Shown one piece after another: positions 49,762-59,911 of a stretch of DNA of 64,000 bases. The translations under genes and the position numbers were made by a program. The first letter of the stretch is position 1; each line of letters starts with the position of its first letter. The notes beneath the pieces are model-generated. The model did no database searches and was not told the origin of the DNA. It worked only from the letters and a program-made list of their open reading frames with translations. The stretch covers positions 12,464 through 76,463 of the forward strand of contig JACQYK010000085.1 of assembly GCA_016208255.1 (NCBI GenBank), written 5' to 3'. This DNA is from Deltaproteobacteria bacterium. GTDB taxonomy: Bacteria; Desulfobacterota; RBG-13-43-22.

Positions 49762-49905
49762 AAATTTGATGAGTTCGTAAAAAGTCGTCATTCCCGCGCA
49801 GGCGGGAATCCAGGCAATACTTAACTAACTAAAATCACTGGATTCCCGTTTCCACGGGAATGACGAAAATTAGGGTTTGGCGACTTTTTACGAGTCATCA
49901 AATTT
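49762..49905. repeat. Family-C REP/dRS3-like element with outer inverted repeats
   Basis: AAATTTGATGAGTTCGTAAAAAGTCG / CGACTTTTTACGAGTCATCAAATTT enclose GTCATTCCCGCGCAGGCGGGAATCCAG...CTGGATTCCCGTTTCCACGGGAATGAC. Confidence 0.92.
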
Positions 49906-50046
49906 AACACATTCCTTAAATTTTTGAAATCATTTTATCCGGCCTCCTGCTCAACCAGCAACCGAAAGGATTCGTAAGAGAAAAGAAATGGTTGACTAAG
50001 GAGGGTCGGAGACAGTACTCTTATTAAGGTCATAGTACTAATCAAA

Positions 50047-50332
50047 TCTATTTGAAATTGTTAAAAGGTCCAAGGGGGTCTTATTTTTGGGGATTGTCCA
50101 AAGGGTAACTCGTTGCCCTATCCCGGCCCAAAAGCTAAGTTTATTAGGAGCAGGGCATTCACCCAAGCCTGTTTCCGGCTATGGTGTAGGCCTGACTCTG
50201 CAATAATTAAAGTATTGGGCCCGGCAAAGAAGCATATGGCGTTAGGGTGGACAACCCCAAAAATAAGACCCCCTTGGACCTGATTGTCAAAAGTTAGAGA
50301 TAAATTCTCAGACTTATGATTTTAGAATCTAA
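50047..50332 (+). repeat. Family-A MITE-like palindromic element (complete copy)
   Basis: About 34-bp TIR AGGTCCAAGGGGGTCTTATTTTTGGGGATTGTCCA / TGGACAACCCCAAAAATAAGACCCCCTTGGACCT (core 50066-50281), with conserved head and tail. Confidence 0.92.
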
Positions 50333-50408
50333 TCAATGGGGGCTCAGACTAAGATCAAAGTGCAAAACCCGCTTTCGAAAAATAGGTCCCCCATAGGGCA
50401 CGGATGTC

Positions 50409-51317
50409 ATGGATCAAATTTTAAAAGGGCTTTATCGCTTGGGAAGTCGCGAGTTTCCTGCTTTTCTCGTGGTGGGGAGCCATCACCTTGTCCAAGTCGA
50501 TGCCGGGCCCGCCTTTATGGGGCCGGGGTATCTCCAAGACCTCCCAAAAGTACTGGGGAAGGGAAGAGGACCGGACTTTCTTTTCCATACCCATTCCCAC
50601 TTCGACCATATAGGCAGCACGCCTTTTCTACTGCGGCACTTTCCGGAGATAAAAGTAGGCGGCAGCGAAACGTTCGCCAGGCGGCTTTCACGGACAAAGA
50701 CCGGGAATTCCATAGCGGATCTCAACCGGGCGCTTGTCCGGAAGAGTAATATGGACCGGGAATTTATCCCGGGGGATTTCGATTACAGCTTTCTGACCGT
50801 TAAACAGATTCTGAAAGAAGGGGATTTGATCGATCTGGGCGGCGGGGTATCGCTTGAGGTCATCGCCACCCCCGGTCACACCAGCGACAGCCTGAGTTTC
50901 TTTCTGCCCCATCTGGAGGCCGTGCTGGCGGGCGATGCCCTCGGAATTATTCCGGGAGATGATTCCTGGGTAGCCCCCCAGTTTCTATCCAGCTATGAGA
51001 ACTATCTTGATTCTATCGAGCGGATCCGGAAGAGAGCGCCGAAAACTATTCTGTTAGGTCATCACTCCGTAGTGGGCCAAGGGGAATGCGAAAGATTTTT
51101 CAATGCCGCTGTAGCCGACTGCTTGGCGTTCCGGGAGATGATCGAACAATACTTGAAAGAATCCGAGATGAAGGAAGAAATGGTCGTCCAGCGTATCCAG
51201 GCAGCCGAGTATCATACGCTTCGGGGAGGCAAACAGCCCGAGGCGGCTTTTCTTTTAAACCTCACCGCCCAGGTTCACTTGATCTCCAAAGGTATGAAAG
51301 GGGACCGGGTGGGCTAG
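50409..51317 (+). CDS. MBL-fold metallo-hydrolase
   Basis: THSHFDHIG, TPGHT, AGDA and LGH. Confidence 0.9.
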   Translation: MDQILKGLYRLGSREFPAFLVVGSHHLVQVDAGPAFMGPGYLQDLPKVLGKGRGPDFLFHTHSHFDHIGSTPFLLRHFPEIKVGGSETFARRLSRTKTGNSIADLNRALVRKSNMDREFIPGDFDYSFLTVKQILKEGDLIDLGGGVSLEVIATPGHTSDSLSFFLPHLEAVLAGDALGIIPGDDSWVAPQFLSSYENYLDSIERIRKRAPKTILLGHHSVVGQGECERFFNAAVADCLAFREMIEQYLKESEMKEEMVVQRIQAAEYHTLRGGKQPEAAFLLNLTAQVHLISKGMKGDRVG

Positions 51318-51325
51318 ATTCTTTT

Positions 51326-51518
51326 GTTGCTGGTTACTTGTTACTCGTTCCTTGTTAAAAACCAAGAACTTGAAATCAGGAACTAGCAACGAAGGAAAAC
51401 CCTTGAACCCAATTTTTAAACAAAAGGACGCTGGAGCGTCCAGAACTTGTATTCCCACGCGGAAGCGTGGGAACGATAAAAATAAAGAATCCAGAATCCA
51501 GAAGTCAGAATTCAGAAT
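51326..51518. repeat. Cluster of heptamer arrays and a REP-like doublet (GGACGCTGGAGCGTCC; TTCCCACGCGGAAGCGTGGGAA)
   Basis: Palindromes at 51426-51441 and 51452-51473, and (AGAATCC/AGAAGTC)n at 51487-51518. Confidence 0.75.
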
Positions 51519-51584
51519 AAAACGATCCCGTCAGGCAAGATGCCTGACCTATTTTTTTAACCGGGTTTGGGTTTTCTTTGGCCT

Positions 51585-53132
51585 TCAGCCTTCAGCCTGC
51601 TTTTCTAAACTTTCGGCCCCGAGCCGGTCCTTAAGCTCCCTTTTCAGTATCTTACCGGCACTGTTGCGGGAAAATTCTTTTACAAAAACGACCTTTTTAG
51701 GAATTTTAAAGTAGGCAATCTTTTCCTGGAGGGCCTGGATCAGCCCTTCTTCGGTCATGGCAGCGCCCTTGTTCAGCAAAACAAAGGCCGCCACCGCTTC
51801 TCCCCGCTTGGAATCCGGCATTCCGACTGCGGCGGCTTCCGCCACCTGGGGAATCGATTCGATGGCCCGCTCCACTTCGGCGGTGTAAATGTTCTCGCCT
51901 GAACTGATAATCATATCGATCTTTCGGCCGACAATATAAAGAAACCCCTCCGGATCCTTTTTCCCCAGATCGCCGGTGTGAAACCATCCATCACGGAAAG
52001 CCGCCTGCGTCTCCAGCGGCTTATTCCAGTATTTTAATAGTACAGTGGGGCCTTTGACCACAACCTCTCCAACTTCACCTGGGGGCACATCCCGGCCGCT
52101 GTCGTCCACGATTCGCAAATGGGTATGGAATACCTCCTTGCCGACCGAGCCGGCTTTGCGGATAGTGTCTTCAAGATCCAGGGAGGTCAACCGCAGGGTT
52201 TCGGTCATGGCGTACCCCTGGGCGAACCGGAGGCCCTTTTCCTCCTGATACTTGCGGATCAGGGCAACAGGCATGGAGGCCCCGCCGGCAATGAAGAAAT
52301 CCACATGGGAAAAATCAGCTTTTTCCCAGGCTTCGGATTTGGCCATCATATCAAACATCACCGGCACCGCGAACATGTAGTTGATTTTTTCAGCGCAAAT
52401 AAGCTGAACAATTTCCGAAGGGTTGTCGAAACTCTTGATAACCAGCGAGCCCCCGGCATAAATGACCGGGGTTGCCGAAGCGGCCAGAGCCCCGATGTGA
52501 AAAAGGGGAGCAACCACAAGGGATTTGCAGCCGGAGCCGATGCTGTAGCCGATCAGGGAATGGATGGCCCCAAAAAGAAAGTTTTCATGGGAAAGCACGG
52601 CCCCTTTGGGATCGCCGGTCGTCCCGGAGGTATACATGATGACCAGGGGATCTTTCAGGGTCAATTCCTCTTCAGGAATCGGTTCTTCTTCCGGAAAGGA
52701 GGCTGTAAAATCCGATAGAGAAGGATCGCTGGAAAATTGGTCGCTGCCCTGCCTGAGATAATGTTCCACCGTTGTGGAGCCAGCCTTAAGCCCTTCTGCC
52801 TTGTCCGTGAATTCAGCAGAATAGATCAGGGCGCGGGGGGCGGCATCTTTAATGATATAACCCATTTCCGGCAGCGCCAGTTTTAAATTGATGGGGACGA
52901 TCAGCACACCGGTTTTGGCGCAGGCAAAAAAGACTTCCAGAAATTCACTGGAGTTGACCATCAGGGTTGCAACCCGTTCCCCCTTTTTGACGCCGAGCGC
53001 TGTCAGTGCCTGGGCGGTTTGGTTTACCCGCGCGTTAAATTGATGGTTGGTGAAGGCCCGGTCTTCCTGTTTTAGAAAAGGCCGTTGCGGATAAGCCAGC
53101 GCGCGTTTGTAAATCCACTCTCCTATATCCAT
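51585..53132 (-). CDS. Long-chain acyl-CoA synthetase / AMP-binding enzyme
   Basis: YTSGTTGDPKG, QGYAMTE, GWFHTGDLG and RNSAGKILK. Confidence 0.94.
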   Translation of the reverse strand: MDIGEWIYKRALAYPQRPFLKQEDRAFTNHQFNARVNQTAQALTALGVKKGERVATLMVNSSEFLEVFFACAKTGVLIVPINLKLALPEMGYIIKDAAPRALIYSAEFTDKAEGLKAGSTTVEHYLRQGSDQFSSDPSLSDFTASFPEEEPIPEEELTLKDPLVIMYTSGTTGDPKGAVLSHENFLFGAIHSLIGYSIGSGCKSLVVAPLFHIGALAASATPVIYAGGSLVIKSFDNPSEIVQLICAEKINYMFAVPVMFDMMAKSEAWEKADFSHVDFFIAGGASMPVALIRKYQEEKGLRFAQGYAMTETLRLTSLDLEDTIRKAGSVGKEVFHTHLRIVDDSGRDVPPGEVGEVVVKGPTVLLKYWNKPLETQAAFRDGWFHTGDLGKKDPEGFLYIVGRKIDMIISSGENIYTAEVERAIESIPQVAEAAAVGMPDSKRGEAVAAFVLLNKGAAMTEEGLIQALQEKIAYFKIPKKVVFVKEFSRNSAGKILKRELKDRLGAESLEKQAEG

Positions 53133-53144
53133 TGAGATTAATCC

Positions 53145-54389
53145 TTAGGTAATGTTCTTCAGCACCAGCGAAACAAAAGTCCCACCGGATGAAAACCCGT
53201 TGATCAGGCCGAAATTGATGGGAAGGTCTATCGGGTTGTTCATAACAAACCGTAGTGTATGGACCGGATTCTGAAGACCGACCGTGGGGGGGATGCTTCC
53301 CGCCTTTATCGATAGGGCCATGGCCGCCGTCCTTATCCCCCCGGATGAGAAGCTCTCACCGACAGCTCCTTTAATGGCGCTGATATAAGGTCGATCGGCC
53401 GTGTTTCAAAAGACGATGTACAGGGCTTCGGCTTCAAGGGCGTCCAGCCTGATGCCGCCGCTGGCGGCGGCCGAGACATAATCGATGTCGCCGGGGGCGA
53501 TCCCGGCCGAATGCAGGGCCCGTGTCATCGCCAGGACCGGTCCTCGGGGATCTGAAGGCCAGTCGGTGGGCGGGGCCGGCGCTGAGCTCAGGCCCCATCC
53601 GGCGATTTCACAATAGGGTCGGACCCCGCGGGCCTCGGCCTGGGAGAAGGTCTCAAGGCAGACCATCCCTGCCCCCTCGCCGACCACCGGTCCGTTTCGC
53701 CGGAGGTCAAAGGGTCGCGCTCCCTCCGGCCCTCCGTCTACCGGGGAAAGGGCCTTAAAATGAGTCAACACTCTAAAAAAAAATTCTGAAATAATATCTA
53801 CTCCACCGGCGAACATAACATCGGCCCGGCCTTGTTTAATCGCAGAAGCGGCATAGGCGATGGCGGTCTCGGCCGAAGCCTCATGGTGATTGATGGTTGA
53901 GTTAACCCCCCTGAAGCCAAGCTCGATGGAAGTATGGCCGGCCGGCGCGTTCATCACGGTATTCGGCACCTGAAAAGGACCGACCATCCCCGGCCCTTCG
54001 CTGAAAAGCATTCCGGCAAACTGGGCTGCAATGTCGGTGCTGCCGACGGCCGTCCCCAGGATAATCCCCGTCCGGTCCCGGTTGGAGATGTTTATGCTGA
54101 CCCCGGCATCCTCCAGGGCCATCCTGGCTGAAGCGGAGGCCATGGAGGAAGTCCGGTCCATCTTGCGCAGGTTTTTCGCGGAGATGAACGCTCTGGGGCT
54201 AAAGTCCGTTACAGCCGCCCCCAGTTTGGAAGCGAAAGGGGACGTATCAAAAGTCGTGATCGGGGAGATGCCGCAGTCCCCCCTGAAAAGTTTCTGCGAA
54301 AAGGCATCCTTTCCAACCCCTAAGGGAGTGACCAGGCCGACCCCGGATATCACCACACGATTACCTTTGGTAACCACCGGGTTACTCAT
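53145..54389 (-). pseudogene. Non-catalytic ketosynthase homolog (chain-length-factor-like) interrupted by an in-frame TGA at 53406-53408
   Basis: HEASA replaces ACSS and SAAASG replaces NAHGT. After YIVF-TGA the frame continues ISAIKGAVGE...IPPTVGL...INGFSSGGTFVSLVL to TAA 53145 (414 codons in total). Confidence 0.8.
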
Positions 54390-55629
54390 GGGCAATCCCT
54401 CTAGGGGTATAGCTTCCAAAAACGATGGCGGTGTTGTTTCCCCCGAAGGCAAAAGAATTGGATAGAACGATATTCACCCCCACCTCGCGGCTGCCTTCGG
54501 TAACATAGTCAAGATCACATTCGGGGTCGGGTTCGGTCAGGTGAATCGTCGGCGGAATAAAATGCTGAAAGATTCCCAGAACGCAAGCCACTCCTTCGAT
54601 GGCGCCGGCCGCGCCCAGGGCGTGGCCCGTCATGGATTTTGTGGAACTCACCGGAAGGTGATAGGCCCGTTGGCCGAAAACCGTCTTGATCCCCCTGGTT
54701 TCTATAGGATCGTTGGCAGGAGTGGCCGTGCCATGGGCGTTGATATAGTCCACCTGCTCAGGGGCTACGCCGCTGTCCTGCAAGGCGGCCTCTATACAGC
54801 GCACGGCCCCGGAAGCCTCGGGATCCGGAGCGGTCATATGGTAGCTGTCGCAACTCACCCCGTATCCGAGGACTTCCCCGTAGACGCGCGCTCCCCGCTT
54901 TTGCGCCTGGCTCAAGGACTCCAGGATCATGATGCCGGCCCCTTCGCCGAGAGAGAGACCCTGCCGGTTTTTGTCGAAAGGTTTGCAATATTCCCGATCC
55001 ACCGCCTGCAAAGCGTTAAAAGCGGCGTAGGTAATCCGGCAAAGGGGTTCGGTGCCGCCGGCGATAACCGTGGTTGCCGCCCCCTCCCGGATCAGATCCC
55101 TGGCATACCCGATGGCCGTGGCGCCGGATGAACAGGCGGTCATGAATGTGGTTTTGGGTCCCATCAGTCCTAAGTTTGAGGCGATCCGGTCCGCGGAAGA
55201 GGCGCAGCAAAAGGCTGAAAAACGCGAATAACGGACGCCTTTCCCGTTGCCCTTGAGGTATTGGCGATAGGCCTCCTCGCCTTCCAGCATGCCGCCGGCC
55301 CCGCCGCCGATGACAACGCCGGTATCCGGCTGCAGGAATTCCGGAACAGGGAAAAGTCCCGCATCGTTCAAGGCCTCCAGCGCAGCCGCCAGGGCCATGC
55401 AGTCCGAACGGGACATCCGCTTTAATGAGAATTCCGGCGGGATCCTCTCGCGAGGGACAAAATTTTTCACTTCCCCGCCGGTCCGGGTTCTGAAGTCGGT
55501 CGTATCAAAAACCGTGACCGGTCCGATGCCGCAAACCCCTTGTCTTAGAGCTGCGCTGAAATTAGACGCATTCCCGGCGATGGCATTGATGGTGCCCAGT
55601 CCGGTGATGACAACTCTTTCTTTTTCCAT
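54382..55629 (-). CDS. Beta-ketoacyl-ACP synthase (FabF-like / type II PKS KS)
   Basis: TACSSG (catalytic Cys), NAHGTAT, STKSMTGHALGAAG and SNSFAFGGNN. Confidence 0.94.
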   Translation of the reverse strand: MEKERVVITGLGTINAIAGNASNFSAALRQGVCGIGPVTVFDTTDFRTRTGGEVKNFVPRERIPPEFSLKRMSRSDCMALAAALEALNDAGLFPVPEFLQPDTGVVIGGGAGGMLEGEEAYRQYLKGNGKGVRYSRFSAFCCASSADRIASNLGLMGPKTTFMTACSSGATAIGYARDLIREGAATTVIAGGTEPLCRITYAAFNALQAVDREYCKPFDKNRQGLSLGEGAGIMILESLSQAQKRGARVYGEVLGYGVSCDSYHMTAPDPEASGAVRCIEAALQDSGVAPEQVDYINAHGTATPANDPIETRGIKTVFGQRAYHLPVSSTKSMTGHALGAAGAIEGVACVLGIFQHFIPPTIHLTEPDPECDLDYVTEGSREVGVNIVLSNSFAFGGNNTAIVFGSYTPRGIAHE

Positions 55630-55747
55630 AAGAATTTATTAATAACTATTTAGGCCAATGGGAAATTTAATGTTTCGGAATAACAAGGGGGTATCGAAAG
55701 AGTCAAGATCACATCCGTGGGGATATCCGCCTGTGTCCGTCAATTTA

Positions 55748-55824
55748 TGGTGCCCCCGGCGAGACTTGAACTCACGGCCTACAGATTAGGAATCTGCCGC
55801 TCTATCCACCTGAGCTACGGGGGC
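55748..55824 (-). tRNA. tRNA-Arg (anticodon CCT)
   Basis: GCCCCCG TAGCTCAGGTGGATAGAGC..GCAGA-TTCCTAA-TCTGT..GTGAG-TTCAAGT-CTCGC CGGGGGC A CCA. Confidence 0.96.
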
Positions 55825-55970
55825 ATGCATACGAATATAAGCAATTTTCGAAGAAAACTCAATAGGAAAGTGGAATCCAGAAGTCAGAATTCAGAATCCA
55901 GGATAAAACTCCTGAATTTTTTTTTAAAGCCTTTTCGTATTTTTTAATTCCGGGTTCTGGATTTCAACAC

Positions 55971-56873
55971 TTAAGACAGGCTTTTCAGATAACCCACAAA
56001 ACCGTTGATGCTGTTGGCCATAAAGTAACGTTCTCTTTGTTGAGCCAGGATATCCATTTGAGGGAAGCAGGCCAGCATAGGGTCTTTTTCCAAAAGCACC
56101 TCCATAGCCTGTTTTACTAACACCTCCTCGGACACGGATTGAAGGACTTCGGAAATAATACCTTTCCAGCGGAAAAGTTGCTCCCGGTATAACCTCAACA
56201 TTTTTTGACTGTTCGGATGGCTGCCGGCGTGGCCGAAATAGATAGTCTGATCCGGTAAGGCCAGCATCTTATCGACACTGGACAAGGTTTGTTCGAAGAA
56301 AAAACGAGGCGGGGTAGGGGGACGAAGGTATATTTTTTCCCCCAGGGGCACAAAAACACCGGCCGATTCTCCGCAAAATAAACAATTACCATAACAAAAG
56401 CTTAGATGAAAAGGGGCATGTCCGGGAGTTTCCAGAATGGTTAATCCTTCCAGGCCGATTTCCTCCGGTGAAAAAAGGGATTCCCTGGGAACCGGGTCAA
56501 TGGGGCCATAGGCTGTGGCCTTCTCTCCCAAGGTGGCCAAACTTCCTTCCCAGAGCCTGGTCGGATCAATTAAATGGGGCACTCCTTTGGCCGGAGCTAT
56601 AACCTTGGCCGTGGAAAATTTTTCTAAAAATGGGCCCAATCCCCCGGCGTGGTCGATGTGGATATGGGTCAGCCAGACAAAGTCCACCTGTTGAATTCCC
56701 TTTTGTTCCAATTGAGCGATCAAGGAATCAATGGAGGCCCTGGGCCCCACATCGACGACAATGGTCAGATCTCCCTGGATAATCCAGGCGATGACAAATT
56801 TTTCCCATCCCGGTATCTTCTGGGGAAAATAAAGAAAAAAAGGAGGAGATGAAATGGTTTTTGGCATAGTCAT
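55971..56873 (-). CDS. MBL-fold metallo-hydrolase
   Basis: LTHIHIDHAGG, TPGHAPFH, RPPTPP and FGH. Confidence 0.92.
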   Translation of the reverse strand: MTMPKTISSPPFFLYFPQKIPGWEKFVIAWIIQGDLTIVVDVGPRASIDSLIAQLEQKGIQQVDFVWLTHIHIDHAGGLGPFLEKFSTAKVIAPAKGVPHLIDPTRLWEGSLATLGEKATAYGPIDPVPRESLFSPEEIGLEGLTILETPGHAPFHLSFCYGNCLFCGESAGVFVPLGEKIYLRPPTPPRFFFEQTLSSVDKMLALPDQTIYFGHAGSHPNSQKMLRLYREQLFRWKGIISEVLQSVSEEVLVKQAMEVLLEKDPMLACFPQMDILAQQRERYFMANSINGFVGYLKSLS

Positions 56874-56916
56874 CCTTAGACAGGATTAGACGGTTCCCGA
56901 AGGGGAACCTTTATTG

Positions 56917-57228
56917 AGGTCGGGCCGCTCGGGCCGTTCGACTTCGCCGAGCTTTCGAAGAGGCTCCCTGTCCGACTTTCTGCGAAAGTCTCCTCCTGAG
57001 ATCGGCCAAGGCCGATTGAACGGGAGCAGATGTGCCGACCGAACGGATTACCAGGATTTTTGTGCCTTTCGACTTGTCTGCAAACAATCAGGCAAGCAGG
57101 GGAAGAAAGGCACAAACCGAATCGTCTGGCGGATAGAATCATTAATTTCCGCTGGAAGCGGATTGATGTGGCCCAGGGTCTTCCGGAGCCTGAGCAAAAT
57201 ACCTGTAAATCCTGTCGATCCTGTCAGA
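56917..57228 (-). repeat. Mosaic of a family-G unit (56960-57017) and a reverse-oriented family-D element (57045-57228)
   Basis: GGGTCTTCCGGAGCCTGAGCAAAA and TTTGTGCCTTTC...GAAAGGCACAAACCGAATC. Matches 38867, 43215 and 63741. Confidence 0.88.
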
Positions 57229-57241
57229 TAATATTTTTTCA

Positions 57242-57895
57242 TTAGGCAAAAGTGTTATCTTTATTTTTTGATAATAACCGCCAACCGGTCAGGTTAATAA
57301 GAGACCAAAGGGCATCCAGAGGCAGATGCCAGGAAACACTATGGTCGAAACTGATGGTAATCTGGGCGGGGAATTCCTCATCTTCGGTGTGCAGAATATA
57401 TTCCACCGGGATACGGGGAAGGACCAGGAGTTCGAAGGAGGCATCGCCCATACCGGTTTCCTGACCGCCGAGCATAAGACCGGCTTGAATAAACCCTTGG
57501 GGGTCTTTCCCGTAAGCTTTTTCCAGGGGTTCCTTAAAAAGGGCATGGGGCCCTCTAAAAAACAATTCCCCGCCGGGAATTTCCCTTTCGTGAATCTTCT
57601 TCCCTTCGATCGGCTTTTCCCGGGCTTTCAATAAATACATCAGCAGAACCAGATATTCCTGGAAGCTCAAGTTTTTTTCTGGAACCTCCTTTCTCCAGAT
57701 GTGTTGCTTCTCAGGGCGGCAAAAATAAATCCGATCCCAAAAAGGGATTTGATAGCCTTCTTCGGATTGAAAGGTGACTAAAGTCCTTTGACTGACCTCC
57801 TGCGGGTCCATGGCCCGCAGTTCCTGCCAGTAGTGATCGGGAATGTGCCGGCTGTCGCGGAATATCGGAGTATCGTTGGGATCCAGGGTGGGCAT
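57242..57895 (-). CDS. DUF3786 family protein
   Basis: REIPGG.LFFRGPH, LPRIPV.YIL...DEEFPA....FD and HLPLD. Confidence 0.8.
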   Translation of the reverse strand: MPTLDPNDTPIFRDSRHIPDHYWQELRAMDPQEVSQRTLVTFQSEEGYQIPFWDRIYFCRPEKQHIWRKEVPEKNLSFQEYLVLLMYLLKAREKPIEGKKIHEREIPGGELFFRGPHALFKEPLEKAYGKDPQGFIQAGLMLGGQETGMGDASFELLVLPRIPVEYILHTEDEEFPAQITISFDHSVSWHLPLDALWSLINLTGWRLLSKNKDNTFA

Positions 57896-58052
57896 CGGCG
57901 GTTACCTCGATAGGGTAAAAATTGATCAATATTTCAATGAAGTCCAAACTTCACTGGTGGTGACTTTTGACACTAACATCGCAACAATCTAAACATTTTG
58001 TTATAATTAGTAAAATATCAACACAAAATCAATTTTTATGCAACGTTGAGGT

Positions 58053-59649
58053 TTACCGGGGGAGGGATTTCCGGTAGAACTCGATATACTTCATCAGCTC
58101 CCGTTTGAGGTCTTTTCGTTCGGTCACCTGATGAATGCCCCGGATATCAAAAAAATAATCCTGGTATTGATAGATCAGCCCTGATAATTGCTGGAGAGAA
58201 TTGGAGCGGACCAGGCCCTCGTCCACTTCAAACCCTCTGGATTCCATAACCCGGGGACCGGTAAAGATCACCAGGGCATGGGGTTCGGCCAGGATAATAT
58301 CTCCCAGGGAGGCATAACTGGCAATGGCCCCACCGGTGGAAGGATCGCCCAGAATGGAAATAAAGGGAAGGCCGTGACTGGCCGAAAATCAAGGCCTCGC
58401 CCGTGACCAGGGATTCGTTAAAGTGCGAACGCTGCTTATCCAGGAATTCGCGGTAATACTGGGTAATGGTATCATGGTTTAGAAGACTTTCCGCCGTCAA
58501 ATTGCGGTTGATCTCAAAGAAGCTTTCCGGATCCGCGATGCATTCAATCCAGCCTCCGGCATCCAGGATGTTCTGCCGGTTACAGTAAGGGCAGACCTGA
58601 TAATTTTTCAAATAATCCTCTAATTTTATTAACCGGCCGCAGCCGCCGGAAGGTTTCGGGCTTCGTTCCTGGCCGCAACGGATATATTCCTGATTGAGTT
58701 CCAAAGGTTCACTACCGGCATAATCATCAGGAATCTGGGTCGGGCTGTCATAGGTGACCACCCGGATATCCGGGGGCCTGCTGTAAAAAAATTTCTTGAT
58801 CGGTTTTTCCAGGAGCAGTTTCAACTCATGAAGTTTTCCATGGTGACGGGGTAATCCATAGGCCAGGGCCCTTTTTTCCCGGTGCTCCAGGAGTTTTTTA
58901 ATCTTGGTCCGGAAAAGATCACGCATGGATCTTTGAAGGTAATGTTCAATGGGGGCGGCCATTCCTTTTACATCTTTAATATCTTCGCGGGCGGGAAGGA
59001 TCTGATCGATGACCCCAATTTTTTTTAGGTCTTGAGCGGTCGGTTTGGAGATCAGCAGCGCCTCGCGGATTCGGGAATCGTCCCGAAAAATAATGGAAGC
59101 CATGGATTCAGGGGGGGCCGTGGCATACAGGGCATCTTCCAATTGGGCTCGACGATCGGTGACCTGAAGGGCCAGGGCCCCTCCGCTTCCCCCTTCCCCG
59201 ATAACCACGGAGATGGTCCGAATAGGGATGGTCAAAAACTCATAGATCAGATGACTGATAAAATAGGCCTGAAACCGTCTGGCCGAGGTCATGGAAATGT
59301 CGGCCCCGTAGGTGTCAATCAAACATAAAATAACCAATTCGTTGGGGTCCATGGATCGGGCCTGTTTCAATATACCCAGGATTTGAGAGTGCTCGTCAGC
59401 AGAGAGCATGCCCAGATTGAGTTTTTTGGCATTCTCAGGGTTTCGCAATTTTTCCAGGCTTGGTTTTTCCTGACCGATGACCAGGATCCTTTTGTCCAGA
59501 TATTTAGCCTCACCGCAGATCAAAGATTCCCCGACGGAGGAAAAGGGTTTAAAATGAGTAAAGAGAGTTTGAATCAGGTGCGACGATCTTGGACGGAAGG
59601 GATTGCGTGTTCGACGTTTAAATATTTCGACGATATCTTCTTCTTTCAT
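58053..59649 (-). pseudogene. Fused AccA-like/AccD-like carboxyltransferase with an out-of-frame internal deletion near 58380
   Basis: AccA-like IDTYGA, IGEGGSGGALA and PE..ASI. Zn ribbon C...C-x13-CPYC. After [11 protein letters not shown] the frame shifts to [43 protein letters not shown], and the AccD GGS.G and SGGARMQEG segment is missing. Confidence 0.8.
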
Positions 59650-59691
59650 GCCTATACCTCTGAGTTTCGGTCTTGCGTAAAAATTAATTTT

Positions 59692-59783
59692 ACCGCAGAG
59701 GCACCGAGAGCGTAAAGAAGATCTCTGCGTTCTCAGCGCTTTTCCCCCTCACCCCAACCCTCTCCCGCGTCGGGGAGAGGGGG
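59692..59783. repeat. CCGCAGAG-type palindrome followed by a CCCCTCACCCCAACCCTCTCCC..GGGAGAGGG palindrome
   Basis: Both hairpins are directly visible. Confidence 0.7.
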
Positions 59784-59911
59784 CTTCCTCCCCCTTGATG
59801 GGGTTTATTTTCGAACTTAAGGTGTTACCTTTTTTTAAAGATTAGAATTTTGACAAGATTGCTTAAAGAAGTCAAGGATAAAGGATTTCGGGAGGCCATT
59901 ATAAAATTTTC

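Noticed and set aside
53406-53408. TGA in the CLF-like gene as selenocysteine
   Set aside because: The position corresponds to Gly (VFG) in the paralogous KS, is not a catalytic site, and has no SECIS-like stem downstream.
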